Shown here: one piece after another, positions 15,691 to 31,100 of the stretch
Position numbering within the stretch: position 1 is the stretch's first letter
Layout: each line of letters begins with the position of its first letter
NCBI GenBank assembly: GCA_964016885.1
Contig: OZ024743.1
Span: 287,928,001-287,992,000 of the forward strand
Source of the DNA: Eledone cirrhosa
Taxonomy: Eukaryota
Reading direction: 5' to 3'
Length of the DNA: 64,000 nt
Translations under genes and position numbers: made by a program
Notes under the pieces: generated by a model
What the model was told of the DNA's origin: nothing
The model's database searches: none
What the model saw: only the letters and a program-made list of their open reading frames with translations

Positions 15691-16247
15691 CTTAGGAGTT
15701 CTTGGTTAACGTAGGAGGTATTGTTTCGTTTTTAGAACGACCTTTCACGCTGAGGTGCGCTTGTCAAACTGATGTGTATGTGGTGTGTTGTTCTATATAT
15801 AGGGATTTAACATGTCTGTGGTGTGGTGGGGGTTTCTTTTCTCCCCCTTTAATAAGTGTATGGGTGTAGGTGTGTTGAAAAGTGTTAATAGCAGTAATGA
15901 GTTGAGACGGTGAGTAGGGTTGGGTGGGGAGAAATGTAGCAAGTGCGGCCTGCCCCGGTCATTCTCAAAACATTCCTTTATTCAGGGGAAAAAAGCTTTT
16001 AGTATTCCTTTTGTGTTGAGAATGGTCACAGGCAAATCGCACCTGTCAAGTTTGTGAATAATTATTTCTTTCTTTTTTTCTGAAGAATTTTTCTACGTCC
16101 ATCCCAAAATTAGTCCTTTGTTCAACACACATATGTGCGTATATACGTACATACACACACGGGCATATGTAGGAATATATAGGCACACACCATTAATCAC
16201 ACACCCATGTACAAATACATCCACATACATACACAAAAACATATAGA

Positions 16248-17117
<870 letters not shown>

Positions 17118-17118
<1 letters not shown>

Positions 17119-18886
17119 AATGGTCCGTAGATGTCCTCCTTCTCCTGTATTTTTCTGACAACGTTTACATCAAGTGGGCAGCTGATCTCCACAACAGAAC
17201 ACGTTTTCAATGTGTGGTCCCAAACAACAATATCAGGCCGGTTGTGCTTTAATTTGGTGGCAGTTTTTATTTTCAGGTTCCACCAGTATTCCTTAGTACC
17301 ATCTGTCTCAATATATTCTTCCTCGTTTGTTGTTAATTTTGTTTTCCGAAGTGTGTTCCAGATGGTTCTAGCTATCCCATCGTGTCTCATGGAGAGGTAG
17401 TAGCGAGATGACATTCTTTCGCAGCTGGCAACAATGTCGCTTACATCCTCGATCTTTGTTTTACATAGCCTACATTTATTGTCAGCTGCTGGCCCTCCTC
17501 TTTTGTGCAGCAGATATTTGGTAGGGAGTTCTTGTTCCTGTATTGCATAGAGATATCCCTCAAGGTGTCATGTCATAAACTTGTCGGAACTCCATGCCAG
17601 GCTTTTGGAGTGGTTTATCCCCTCTATGGTCTGTGTTTTACGTCTCAAGTATCCATGCACTACTTTTTCTGTAAATTGGTCAATTTTTTAATCTTGTTTG
17701 ACCATTGAATAGGATCTTCCGATTTCTCTGGGTGAGAGATTTATATCAGGCTTTATTCCATATCTCTCCTCCCGATCAGTCGTTATTCTAATGATATTTT
17801 TTTTTCATGCTCATACACCTGGGCAAGATGGTTGCCAACCTTTTTCCTCTGTTGAAGGTGTTGCTTCAATGTTACTATCAAATGTTGGCGTTAGAATTGG
17901 CACAGCATAAGTATTGTAGGCAATGTATTTGTTGTACGCTGACAGTTCTGATGACCATATTTTCTTTACTCTTCTGAGGTATTCAGTTCTGGTTCTCTCC
18001 TTATTTATGGGTCCATCATATCTGACATTCTCATCCTGTCCAAGATATCTGTAGTTGTCACCTGACTGTAGAGGTTGTATTGTCAGGCCGTTCATCTCTA
18101 GATTTCTAGAGGAGGGCACAGCTCTTCCACGTTTTACTGCCAAATATGCAGACTTGGACTCACCAAATTTCATTTTGATGTCTGTTGAAAATTGTGTAAT
18201 GAGGTCCAATTATTTCTTGATGTCATTGATATTTGGCCCATACAACTTCAGGTCATCAACAAAGTAAAGATGGGAGATACTACTGGACCCACTTCTTTGT
18301 CCACCTTGTTTCCTGAGTAGGTAAGATAGTGGATTTAGTGAGAGAACGAAGAGTAGCAATGACAAGCTATCACCCTGAAAGATGCCCTTCTGGTAATGTA
18401 TCTTATCAGTCTTAACTTGCTCCTTCTCACCTCTAAGGATCAAATTGGTGTACCAGTTCTTGGTCAGGCGTTCGACAGCAGCTACCAATGGTTGTGGGAC
18501 TTTGGCTAACTGTAAAGCCTTAATAATCCACCCATGAGGTACACCATCTAATGCTTTTTGATAGTCCAGCCACACCACAGTCATGTTTCTGCGATACTTT
18601 GTTGTTTTTTCCTGAATCATTTTATTAGTTAGTAGGTGATCTATGCAACCCCACACCTCCCTCTTTCCACCAGCTTGCTCAGGTGTTATGATGTTGTTGG
18701 TAGCACAGTGATCCTGTAAGAACAGGTTAAGACACCCAGTATATAATTTATACATGATGTTTTGGCAGGCTATTGGGCGGTAATTTCTAGCAAGGGTGGT
18801 TTGGCTATTTTGGGGAATGAGGAGAGTAGTGGCAGTTGATAACCATCTGGGCAGTTCTTGTGTGCCTTTAATGGTTTCTGTAAACA
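17118..18886 (-). mobile_element. Fragment of R4/Dong-like RLE non-LTR retrotransposon (RT + endonuclease), decayed
   Basis: YRPIACQN, WLDYQKA.D.VPH, GIFQGDSLS, YFVDDLKLY, CRLC zinc knuckle, RHD, NRPDIV, EISCP. Confidence 0.9.
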
Positions 18887-19020
18887 AGTGTAGTGTTTGT
18901 ACCAGAGTTTTCAAGTTGCTGGCCGGACTAAAAAGTCACATTCGTTCAGCCCATCGGTAGGGGTTCTCCTGCATGGATATAAAGTAGTGGCCGTACTCGA
19001 AAACGAGTTGCCAGCCACCA
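18884..19020 (+). mobile_element. 3' end of bipartite RTE-derived element fused to the R4 fragment
   Basis: Matches 19650-19786 and ends in (TGTA)n. Confidence 0.8.
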
Positions 19021-19178
19021 TGTATGTATGTATGTATGTATGTATGTATGTATGTATGTATGTATGTATGTATGTATGTATGTATGTATGTACGTATGTA
19101 CGTATGCACTATGTATGTATGTATGTATGTATGTATGTATGTATGTATGTATGTATGTATGTATGTATGTATGTTATG

Positions 19179-19786
19179 TCAGGTCACCAGTTGGTGCTAC
19201 TGGTAACATGTATCCCAGTACAACCTGTCTCATGGTCGGGTCGTTGGCGACTAAACTGGCAACCCCACCAAGGTTTCTTGGTGAGGAGGGTGACTTTGGA
19301 CATCCTGCAGGACTAAAAACAAAACCTGTCAAAGGGCAAAGGAGCTCTTAAGAGTCAATGGCCATCCAAAATCACCGGGAGAGATGACCCCTTAGCCTTT
19401 GTCAAGGCAGAATTCTAGGAGAAGGAAAACTCTGATATAACACCTGCAACCCTGATGGTATCCAATGATGTTGACTTGTTCTTCTTTTTGGTAAATATCA
19501 TCTTGGTTAAGAGAGTGGGACTGGCTTTGTGCAGTGCCTTTGCTCACTATAAAAGCTTCACGGCACAGGCATTGCTTTGTATCTGGAGATCTCTCTGCAC
19601 TTGTCCTCACATGGTACCATGGGCCCAGCACTATGTGTCAATAATTGTCACAAGTGTAGTGTTTCTACCAGAGTTTTCAAGTCGCTGGCTGGACTAAAAA
19701 GTCACACTCGTTCAGCGCTTCGGTAGGGGTTCTCCTACATGGATATAAAGTAGTGGCCGTACTCGAAAACGAGTTGGCAGCCACCA
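19179..19786 (+). mobile_element. ~610-bp non-autonomous bipartite RTE-derived element (5' UTR + 3' end) within (TGTA)n
   Basis: Carries the RTE-type 5' UTR motif CTAGGAGAAGGAAAACTCTGAT and a 3' remnant of a C2H2 finger (C..C.RVFKSLAGLKSH.R). Copies at 45995 and 46618. Confidence 0.72.
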
Positions 19787-19816
19787 TGTATGTATGTATG
19801 TATGTATGTATGTATG

Positions 19817-19989
19817 TACGAATATCGGCTGAAAAGTTCTTAGGCTGACCAAGTTACTTTCATAGATGGACCAAATGAGGTTTATTTTTCAACTAGAAAG
19901 AAACAATGTAGTATGAAGAGCTGAAATTAATATATACAAGATTTCCTAACACTAGCATCACTATTTCATAGTCAGCCTATGAACTCGTA
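19817..19989. mobile_element. mariner-type MITE remnant
   Basis: TACGA..CTGAAAAGTTCTTAGGCTGAC ... GTCAGCCTATGAACTCGTA imperfect terminal inverted repeats with TA ends. Confidence 0.55.
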
Positions 19990-20005
19990 TTTATCTATAA
20001 ATATA

Positions 20006-20109
20006 TACAGGGTGTTCCAAAAATGTATACATACTTTGACTACTTGTACAGACAACATTTATTAGGATGCTGTTGAAGTATGTATATATTTTTTGGGACA
20101 CCCTGCATA
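20006..20109. mobile_element. Tc1/mariner-type MITE
   Basis: TA-CAGGGTGTTCCAAAAA ... TTTTTGGGACACCCTG terminal inverted repeats. Confidence 0.7.
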
Positions 20110-20379
20110 TATATGCACATACATAATTCGAAATGTAAGGTAGGACTTTATAAATATAAATAGTTTAACCTCGTCGTGAACAGTAAACAAAGAGTTGGCA
20201 CAACAGATTTTATCTTTACATGGACAATTGAAAAATGTCAACAAGACTAGTTTCCATAAAATGTACTCCTATTTACTAAACACACAGATATTATTAGTTT
20301 ATAGTTCACGAGTTTCTATCCTGCCGAGGAAAGGGTAATATTGAGGTGGTACATCAATCAAAGCACTCTCCCAGACAAA

Positions 20380-20700
20380 TAAAAGATGTTGAGCAGTGAC
20401 AGCCAGGGCACGGGTATCTCCTTTGTTCCCATCACTGTTGATGGCAAGGATCTGAAGGATGTGAACTCCTTTACTTACCTTAGAACCATGGTGAACTCCT
20501 CTGCATCCTTAGATGATGAGATCGTCAATCGTGTCTCTGAAGCAACTGACGGTTATGGTAAGCTGCATCCCTGTCTATGGCGTGTCTGAGTTATATCCTT
20601 GAAAACGAAAGTTGCAGTTTTTCGTGCAGTGGTACCAACAACATTTTATACGGCTCAGAATTATGGACTCTTTATCACACCCTCATTTATAAGCTCGTTA
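20380..20700 (+). pseudogene. RTE-clade LINE fragment (RT C-terminal region)
   Basis: ITVDGKDLKDVNSFTYL..SLDDEIVNRVS.A...GKL...LW..LKTKVAVFRAVV, with stops. Confidence 0.8.
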
Positions 20701-20843
20701 AGGAATAATCATAAAAAAAACCTGAGAAAACTATTGAGCCCTCATACGTCGACATACGACGCGAGAGTCCGTCAGATTTGAGAGCACGTACGTAGTAGCA
20801 TTTTGCTTCTCTCCATATACACACACAAACACATACTTAAATT

Positions 20844-20902
<59 letters not shown>

Positions 20903-21062
20903 GATATAAATACCCCTCCGCCTCCGTGGTATTTTTTTCGGGGTTATAAGAGGCTTAGCTCTGTTTCTCGACCGTTATATCGCGTGACTATCTCCCCCTC
21001 CGCCTTTTGGGATTCTTTCTCACGTCGTGTAGACGCGTTCTTGAAGCTAGTAAAATGAGGTA

Positions 21063-21152
21063 TCCTCTTGATAAGTCGGCAGACCTCGAAAAGGCTCTAT
21101 ATCTTTATGATGTACTGTTTTTGTTTATGCCACGAAACTACGTAGTCGAGGA
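21063..21152 (+). ncRNA. Type I hammerhead, U3-A8 variant core, enlarged domain II
   Basis: tcctc-TTGATAA-gt(c)ggca...tgccac-GAAAC-tacgta-GTC-gagga. Confidence 0.72.
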
Positions 21153-21655
21153 ATCTAGGAGCAGTTTAGGTATGATACATTGTATTACTAATTATATCTA
21201 AATGTTCCTTCTCTCTTCATAATGTATTTTTAACTCTGATACTGGTTCAGTCTAGTTCAACCGGATTGGTCTGTCCCAGTCATTCATTGAGCAACATCGG
21301 TAAGGTTGGCACCATTAACTTACGGTTGGGTGTGGATGCATTCATGTATATGTGTGTGTCCGCATGTATCTGTGTGTTTCTAAATATATTGTTCATAACT
21401 CCCTCTGGTCGAGTAATCTTTGAAGTGTGGTGACTGCTGGAAAGCTGCCATTACTCATACTTCTCGCCTCCTTTACCACCTCTTCTGCGGCTTCGATATA
21501 AATACCCCCTCTGCCTCCGTGGTATTTTCTTCGGGGTTATAAGAGGCTTAGCTCTGTTTCTCGACCGCTATATCGCGTGACTATCTCCCCCTCCGCCTTT
21601 TGGGATTCTTTCTCACGTCGTGTAGACGCATTCTTGAAGCTAGTAAAATGAGGTA

Positions 21656-21745
21656 TCCTCTTGATAAGTCGGCAGACCTCGCAAAGGCTCTATATCTTTA
21701 TGATGTACTGTTTTTGTTTATGCCACGAAACTACGTAGTCGAGGA
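21656..21745 (+). ncRNA. Second copy of the U3-A8 variant hammerhead
   Basis: Same core and stems as 21063-21152. Confidence 0.72.
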
Positions 21746-21814
21746 ATCTAGGAGCAGTTTAGGTATGATACATTTTATTACTAATTATATCTTAATGTTC
21801 CTTCTCTCTTCATA

Positions 21815-21880
<66 letters not shown>

Positions 21881-21984
21881 TCAATAGAAATTACCCGATA
21901 TCAACCTTCGTATTTTTATTATCAAATGTTTATCGTATGTTCGACAAAATTGCTTCTTCTACACCTCTTGTCTCTCCTACCACT

Positions 21985-24900
21985 TCCACCACACCAAAAC
22001 CACCACCTCAACACTACCACACCACCAAAACCACCAGCCCAGCACTACCACGTCACCAAAACCAGCACCCCAGTACTACAACGCCACCAAAACCACCACC
22101 ACAACACTGTAAAGCCAGCAAATCCACCAGCCCAGCACTGCCACGCCACCAAAACCACCACCCCAGCACTACCACGCCACCAAAACCATCACACCAGCAC
22201 TACCACACCACCAAAACCACCACCCCAGCACTAGCACACCACCAAAACCACCACCCCAGCACTGCAACGCTACCAAAACCACCACCCCAGCACTGCCACG
22301 CCACGCCACCAAAACCTCAGCACTACCACGCCACCAAAACCAAAACCTCAGCACTACCACACCACCAAAACCACCATCCCAGCACTACCACGCCACCAAA
22401 ACCACCATCCCAACACTACCACGCCACCAAAGCCACCACCCCAACACTGCCATGCCACCAAAACCACCACCCCATCATTGCAACGCCACCAAAACCACCA
22501 CCCCAACACTGCCCTGCCACCAAAACCACGACCTCAGCACTACCACGCCACCAAAACCACCAAGCCAGCACAACCACGCCTCCAAAACCATCACCCAAAC
22601 ACTACCACTCCACCAAAACCACCACCCCACCACTGCCATGCCACCAAAACCACCACCCCAACAAAACCACGCCACCAAAACCACCACCCCAACTCGACCG
22701 CGCCACTAAAACCACTACCCCAACACTGCCACGCCACCAAAACCACCACCCCAACACTACCACGCCACCAAAACCACCACCCCAGCGCTACCACGCCACC
22801 AGAACCACCATCTCAGCGCTACCACGCCACCAAAACCACCACCCCAGCGCTACCACGCCACCAAAACAACCACCCCAGCACTACCACGCCACCAAAACCA
22901 CCACCCGAGCACTGCAACGCCACCAAAACCACCAACCCAGCACAACCACGCCACCAAAACCATCACCCAAACACTACCACTCCACCAAAACCACCACCCC
23001 ACCACTGCCATGCCACCAAAACCACCCCCCAACAAAACCACGCCACCAAAACCACCACCTCAGCACTACCACGCCACCAAAACCACCACCCCAAAACTAC
23101 CACGCCACCAAAACCACCACCCCAGCACTACCACGCCACTAAAACCACCACCCCAACACTGCCACGCCACCAAAACCACCACCCCAACTCGACCGCGCCA
23201 CTAAAACCACCACCCCAACTCGACCGCGCCACTAAAACCACCACCCCAACACTGCCACGCCACCAAAACCACCACCCCAACACTACCACGCCACCAAAAC
23301 CACCACCTCAGCACTACCACGCCACCAAAACCACCACCCCAGCACTACCACGCAACCAAAACCACCACCCCAGCATTACAACGCCACCAAAACCACCACC
23401 TCAGCACTACCACGCCACCAAAACCACCACCCCAGCACTACCACACCACCAAAACCACCACCCCAACACTGCCATGCCACCAAAACCACCACCCCAACAC
23501 TGCCCTGCCACCAAAACCACCACCCCAGCACCGCAACGCCACCAAAACTACCACCCCAGCACTGCAACGCCACCAAAACCCCCACCCCAGCACTACCACG
23601 CCATCAAAACCACCACCCCAGCACTGCAACGCCACCAAAACCACCACCCCAGCACTACCACACCATCAAAACCACCACCCCAGCACTGCAACGCCACCAA
23701 AACCACCACCTCAACACTACCACACCACCAAAACCACCACCCCCAGCACTACCACGCCACCAAAACGACCACCCCAGCACTACCACACCACCAAAACACC
23801 ATCCCAACACTACCACGCCACCAAAACCACCACCCCAGCACTACCACACCACCAAAACCACCACCCCAGCACTACCACACCACCAAAACCACCACCCCAA
23901 CACTACCACGCCACCAAAACCACCACCCCCAGCACTACCTCACCACGAAAACCACCACCCCAGCACTACCACGCCACCAAAACCACTACCCTAGCACTAC
24001 CACACCACCAAAACCACCACCCCAGCACTACCACACCACCAAAACCACCACCCCAGCACTACCACACCACCAAAACCACCACCCCAGCACTACCACACCA
24101 CCAAAACCACCACCCCAGCACTACCACGCCACCAAAACCACCACCCCAGCACTACCACACCACCAAAACCACCACCCTAACACTACCACACCACCAAAAC
24201 CACCACCCCAGCACTACCACGCCACCAAAACCACCATCCCAGCACTACCACACCACCAAAACCACCACCCCAGCACTACCACACCACCAAAACCACCACC
24301 CCAGCACTACCACGCCACCAAAACCACCACCCCAGCACTACCATAACACCAAAACCACCACCCCAGCACTACCACGCCACCAAAACCACCACCCCAGCAC
24401 TACCACACCACCAAAACCACCACACCAGCACTACCACACCACCAAAACCACCACCCCAGCACTACCACGCCACCAAACCACCACCCCAGCACTACCACAC
24501 CACCAAAACCACCACCCCAGCACTACCACGCCACCAAAACCACCACCCCAGCACTACCACACCACCAAAACCACCACCCGAGCACTACCACGCCACCAAA
24601 ACCACCACCCCAGCACTACCACACCACCAAAACCACCACCCCAGCACTACCACACCACCAAAACCACCACCCCAGCACTACCACGCCACCAAAACCACCA
24701 CCCCAGCACTACCACACCACCAAAACCACTACCCTAGCACTACCACACCACCAAAACCACCACCCCAGCACTACCACACCACCAAAACCACCACCCCAGC
24801 ACTACCACACCACCAAAACCACCACCCCAGCACTACCACACCACCAAAACCACCACCCCAGCACTACCACGCCACCAAAACCACCACCCCAGCACTACCA

Positions 24901-25650
24901 CACCACCAAAACCACCACCCTAACACTACCACACCACCAAAACCACCACCCCAGCACTACCACACCACCAAAACCACCACCCCAGCACTACCACACCACC
25001 AAAACCACCACCCCAGCACTACCACGCCACCAAAACCACCACCCCAGCACTACCACACCACCAAAACCACTACCCTAGCACTACCACACCACCAAAACCA
25101 CCAACCCAGCACTACCACACCACCAAAACCACCACCCCAGCACTACCACACCACCAAAACCACCACCCCAGCACTACCACGCCACCAAAACCACCACCCC
25201 AGCACTACCACGCCACCAATACCACCACCCCAGCACTACCACACCACCAAAACCACCACCCCAGCACTACCACGCCACCAAAACCACCACCCCAGCACTA
25301 CCACACCGCCAAAACCACCACCCCAGCACTACCACACCGCCAAAACCACCACCCCAGCACTACCACACCACCAATACCACCACCCCAGCACTACCACACC
25401 ACCAAAACCACCACCCCAGCACTACCACGCCACCAAAACCACCACCCCAGCACTACCACACCGCCAAAACCACCACCCCAGCACTACCACACCGCCCAAA
25501 CCACCACCCCAGCACTACCACACCATCAAAACCACCACCCCAGCACTACCACACCGCCAAAACCACCACCCCAGCACTACCACACCGCCCAAACCACCAC
25601 CCCAGCACTACCACACCATCAAAACCACCACCCCAGCACTACAACGCCAC
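21985..25650. repeat. 31-bp minisatellite (CACCAAAACCACCACCCCAGCACTACCAC[G/A]C)n
   Basis: Direct tandem periodicity; degenerate at left, homogeneous at right. Confidence 0.93.
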
Positions 25651-25959
25651 TACAACATCTACTACCTCCATCACTACAACAAGCCTGTTACTATCAGCGC
25701 TGCTACACCACACTAGAATCACAACTACTACCGTCACTACAACACTCCCCTCACAATGGTACCAACACTATTACACCCCAGTCACCACTACCATCACACT
25801 AACCATCCCACTAACTATCACTTCCACCTGTACCATACAACCTCCATCGTCACAACCTCCTCACCCTCACTGCAGTCTCTACCACCACAAACCGTACAAC
25901 CACGGCTAACACTATCACTCCTACTACAACTAGCAGTATCAAACCAACATCTCCATCGC

Positions 25960-26187
25960 TACCACTGCACAAACGCTACTACTACTACCACCACTAGCAC
26001 CCTCACTACCACCACCACCACAACCACTACCGCCACTACCACTACCGCCACTACCACCAGCATCAACGTCAACATCAACAACGCATCCCCCACCACCACA
26101 ACCACCATAATCACCACCACCACCACCACCACCACCACCACCACCACCACAACCACCATAATCACCACCACCACAACCACCAGCACC

Positions 26188-26218
<31 letters not shown>

Positions 26219-26244
26219 CCACCACAACCACCATAATCACAACC

Positions 26245-26275
<31 letters not shown>

Positions 26276-27580
26276 CCACCACCATCGCCACCATGATTTT
26301 TTACCTCAATGTCATTGTCATCTTTATCACCGTCACGATCATCATTTCCATCATCGTCATCACCATCACCACCCACCGTCAGCACCATCACCACCCACCG
26401 TCATCACCATCACCACCCACCGTCATCACCATCACCACCCACCGTCATCACCATCACCACCCACCGTCATCACCATCACCATCACCACCCACCGTCATCA
26501 CCATCACCATCACCACCCACCGTCATCACCATCACCATCACCACCCACCGTCATCACCATCACCATCACCACCCACCGTCATCACCATCACCACCCACCA
26601 TCATCACCATCACCATCACCACCCACCATCATCACCATCACCATCCACCCATCATCATCATCATCATCACCCACCGTCATCATCATCATCATCACCACCC
26701 ACCGTCATCATCATCACCACCCACCCACCGTCATCACCATCACCACCCACCCACCGTCATCATCATCATCATCACCACCATCATCACCACCATCGTTCAC
26801 CATCACCACCCACCACCGTCACCATCACCACCCACCATCACCACCCACCCACCGTCATCACCACCATCACCACCCACCCACCGTCATCACCACCATCACC
26901 ACCCACCCACCGTCATCACCACCATCACCACCCACCCACCGTCACCATCACCACCCACCCACCATCACCACCCACCCACCGTCATCACCACCATCACCAC
27001 CCACCCACCGTCACCATCACCACCCACCCACCATCACCACCCACCCACCGTCATCACCATCATCACCACCCACCCACCGTCACCACCACCGTTCACCCCT
27101 ATCATTTCCAATTTATCAACATCACCCTTATCATGATATTCATCCATCATTCCATCTTCCTGCCACTCCTTCTCCAGCTCCCCCCTCATTATCATCACCT
27201 AGCTCCCCTCTTCCTTCACCTCTTCTTCATAAACATTATCATCATTATCATCGCTATCTTCTCACACTCATTATCCTTATCATAACCATCATCTTCAGCA
27301 GTAGTTTCATCCTGACTCTCATCCGCCACCACCACCACCATGGTCGCCGTCACTGCCACCACCACCACCACCACCACCACCACCGCCTCCGCCACCGTCA
27401 CCTCCACCACCGCCGCTGCCACCACCACCACCACCACCACCGCCACCACCACCGCCTCCGCCACCGTCACCTCCGCCACCGCCGCTGCCACCACCACCAC
27501 CACCACCACCACCACCACCACCACCACCACCGCCTCCGCCACCGTCACCTCCGCCACCGCCGCTGCCACCACCACCACCA
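25960..27580. repeat. (CAC)n/(CAT)n low-complexity triplet repeats
   Basis: Directly visible. Confidence 0.9.
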
Positions 27581-28159
27581 TTATCAGACATAACGTGACA
27601 GGCATTATAATTATTATATGTCTCTCTTCTTTTTCTTTTTTTTTCTTTTCTTTCTTTCCATGACGGCGTTAAATAATTAAACCACACAAAAACCTCCCGC
27701 CATGCAGTGTTTATTGAGGAGGCCCAGGACACAAGTATTTCTACAATACAGATTAAAGCTTGTCTGAGTATGTGTATTTATTGACAAACCACCAAATCTA
27801 GCTTGGGCCGAGCTTCGTACAACAAAAACAAAGAAACAAAAAAAAACAACAAAAAACCCAACAAAAACGACGACAACAACAACACGAATAAACCACTAAT
27901 GGTAATAAAAAGAAATGTGTAAAATGAAAGCACATAATAATAAAGAACCATTAGAAATCAGGATATTGCCAGAAACTAAGATTACATTATTCATAATTAT
28001 AATAAATACAGCTTGAATATAATCAGATCATCTCAATAGAGAAAGAAGTTAATTATGGCACATTACACATACAACAAAAGCAAAAACAACTAAAACCCAC
28101 CAATACATAAACCAACAATTAATGTCTTTATATTATTTATATTGGTAGCGTTGTTGACG

Positions 28160-31100
28160 CAACATGACCAAATAGTTAAGAAGTTCGCTTCGTAATCATA
28201 AGGTCCCAGTTTCGATTCCCCTATATGTTATCTTGTGCAATGCAAATGTCATTTACCATAACCCTTTAGTGAAATTGTGTAGACGGAAACTATAATTCAA
28301 GCAACCAAGATACCCATCGTCGGTCCCACGGAGGTCCATCATGTTCATAATGGTTTCTGATTTAAACACAAGGCCAACAATTTTTGGGGAAAGGGAAAGT
28401 CGATTAAATCGACCCAGTGCATTACTGGTACTTTATTTTATCGACCCCGTAAGGATGAAAGGCAAAGCTAACTTCGGTGGGATTTGAACGCAGAACGTAA
28501 AGGGCTGCAACTCTATATCACTAAGTATCCTGTTCATAATGTGGTAAACAAGCAGTCGATTTCGCGGATCCGGTAGAGCATCAGATGGAATGCGTTGCGA
28601 TATTTATTTCGGCTCTTTGCATTGAAATTCAAAGTCTACTTTGTCTTCCATCATTTCGGGATAGATCAAAGCAATACCTGTGCTGGTGCAACCCCCTGCA
28701 CCCCTCTATGTGTCAAATTCGGGATATTCCGCTATCTCAACATTGAGAACATCTGGTGAATGTCTGTATCCTCGTGACAACACCTATGACCTTCGGCGAA
28801 AGTTTTGTATGTCTTACCGATCCATTCTCGATTGCGAGCAGCGGTCATAGATCTTTATATCTTTGATAGAATATTGATTTCTGATTTAGGCACAAGGCCA
28901 ATAATTAGGGGGGAGAGGAAAGTCAATTAAATAGACCCCAGTGCATTACTGGTACTTTATTTTATCGATCCTATAAGGATGTAAGGCAAAGCTAACCCCC
29001 GCAGGATTTGAACCCAGATCGTAAAGAGCCGTAACTCTATGCTATAAAGCATGTTGCCCGACGCTTTACCGATACTTCCGATCCGCCGCCCTTATCTTTA
29101 TAGAATATTAACTGGTAGTATATCGGTCAAAATACATATGGTGTGGTGTTTCGACTCTTTACCTTCCTAGTCCAAATCCTGCTGATGTTAACCTTGCTTC
29201 TTTTGTCATTCATTCTCTTTAGATTCTATAAAAGCAGGCACTAGTCAAGTAGAGTTTGTTTGCGCATGTATATGTGCATGTATGTATGTATGTATGTATG
29301 TATGTATGTATGTATGTATGTATGTATGTATGTATGTATGTATGTATATGTGTGTGTATGTATGTATGTGTGTGTGTGTGTGTGTGTGTATGGTCGGGTG
29401 GGTGTTGGGTCAACATAATCGATCAACTCAACTTTCAAATTTAGCCTCATGTACCTATGTAAGATATTAATAGAGGGTGGCCCAAAAGTCACAATACATA
29501 GGACATTTTAAAGTTTCCATATTTATTCATTTTGAATAAATTGTTTCTTATAAAACATAATTATTTTTTTTTATGTATCGCGACTTTTGGGCCACCCTAT
29601 ATATACTTGTATTACTATTAAATGGCGGAAAGATTAGTGTGCAGGACAATATTCTAGTGGATTTTAAGTTCTGAGTTCAAATCACGCCGTGATCAATTTA
29701 CCTTTCATTTTTTTCACTTAAGTATTGGGATCAATATAATTGTCTGTCTTCGACCTCGAATTCCTGGTCATGTGGATTGGCAGTATCGGTAGAGGGTCGG
29801 ACACCATGCTTTGCAGCAAAGAGTTATGGCCCTTTATGGTCTGAGTTTAAATCCCGCAGCGATTAACTTTGCCTTACATGGTCGATAAAATAAAGTAACA
29901 GTAATGCAGTGGGTAATTGCTGGCCTTGTGCCAAAAGTAGAAACAATTATTTATATCAACAAAAGGGACAACCATTGGCAGATTGAGCAGTGAGACGGAA
30001 TAAATATCTTGGAGTATTATGTTATATCTCTGGCTCTGTGTATTCAGATCCCCAGATCAGGACCCCAGGTAGAGAATTTGCAGAGTCACTGGAACATTGG
30101 ATTATTAAATGCCTTACGGTATTTTATCAGCCCGCTGAATTCAAACCCAGCTGAGGTTATCTCTGATTTTCATCGTTTTGGGGTCGATAAATAAAATGCC
30201 AGTTTTTTTTGGGGGATTAATGGAATTGCCAGGACGTCAGTATTGTGGTATTTCTTTCGTCTCTTTGTGTTTTGTGTTCTGCATTGTCAAGCTGTACCGG
30301 CCCTTCTCTTTTCCTTGAGTATCATCGGTGATATACAGAGGAGAGACTTGCTTACACGAGTGACTGTCAGCCACCTCCCCCAAACAAACAAGAAAATAAA
30401 GATTCTCAGGCCTGTGGCTTGAAGAGGAACTTTTTACGTACTGATCCACAATCTCACGAGACATAGAGAAGCTCCGAAGTTTAGAACTTAGAATGTTGAA
30501 GTCTCAGTTGGATACATTATAGCACCAATACTCTAGAGATGATATCGCTTTTAGATTTGCTTTAGGAGGATGTGTATTGCATAGTTTATCAGGTTCCAAG
30601 CAGACTGTTTACATCAACAGGTAAATAACTGATAAAGAGTATTTTAATGAATTCCGTTGACTTTCGTGCCTCTATCAATCACATTTACTGCAATTCCTCA
30701 ACACTCTCACACTATTTCTAATCTGTGAGGTGTTACTTGGAAGAAAGGTTCCGACCTCGATCTTTGCTTCCGATTAACACTTAATTGAACACTTAATTTA
30801 TCTGTAACGTCTGTCTTTTAATCAACATGATGATATCGGACTTGCCAAGAAATTTAATTGATGGCTATATTCAACTTATCTTAACAGTTGAATTCATTAA
30901 GGAATTAATTGATAAATTCGTTTGATTACCTCGGCATAATACTTCTTCTTTAATGACTTTGTTGCTGCTGATGACGTAATAGTTGCTGTTGCTATTGTTG
31001 TTGTTGCAACAGCACCCTTTCTATTACTGCTGCCTGCTGCTAGTAATGCTGTTGATAATATTGCGAAATTAATTGGAATAAATAATCGTGTTGGTATAGT

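Larger units (their letters stand above)
20902..21816 (+). mobile_element. Non-coding 593-bp unit in ~1.5 tandem copies between (TA)n tracts (tandem pLTR / retrozyme-like), with two variant HHRs
   Basis: 20902-21224 recurs at 21494-21816, and each copy carries an HHR. Confidence 0.75.

Noticed and set aside
21835-24346. Pro/His/Thr-rich 435- and 622-aa ORFs
   Set aside because: The 31-bp repeat is not a multiple of three and lacks stops only by composition.
30237-30620. Possible exon or transposase fragment
   Set aside because: No recognisable domain, and stops occur in the candidate frames.
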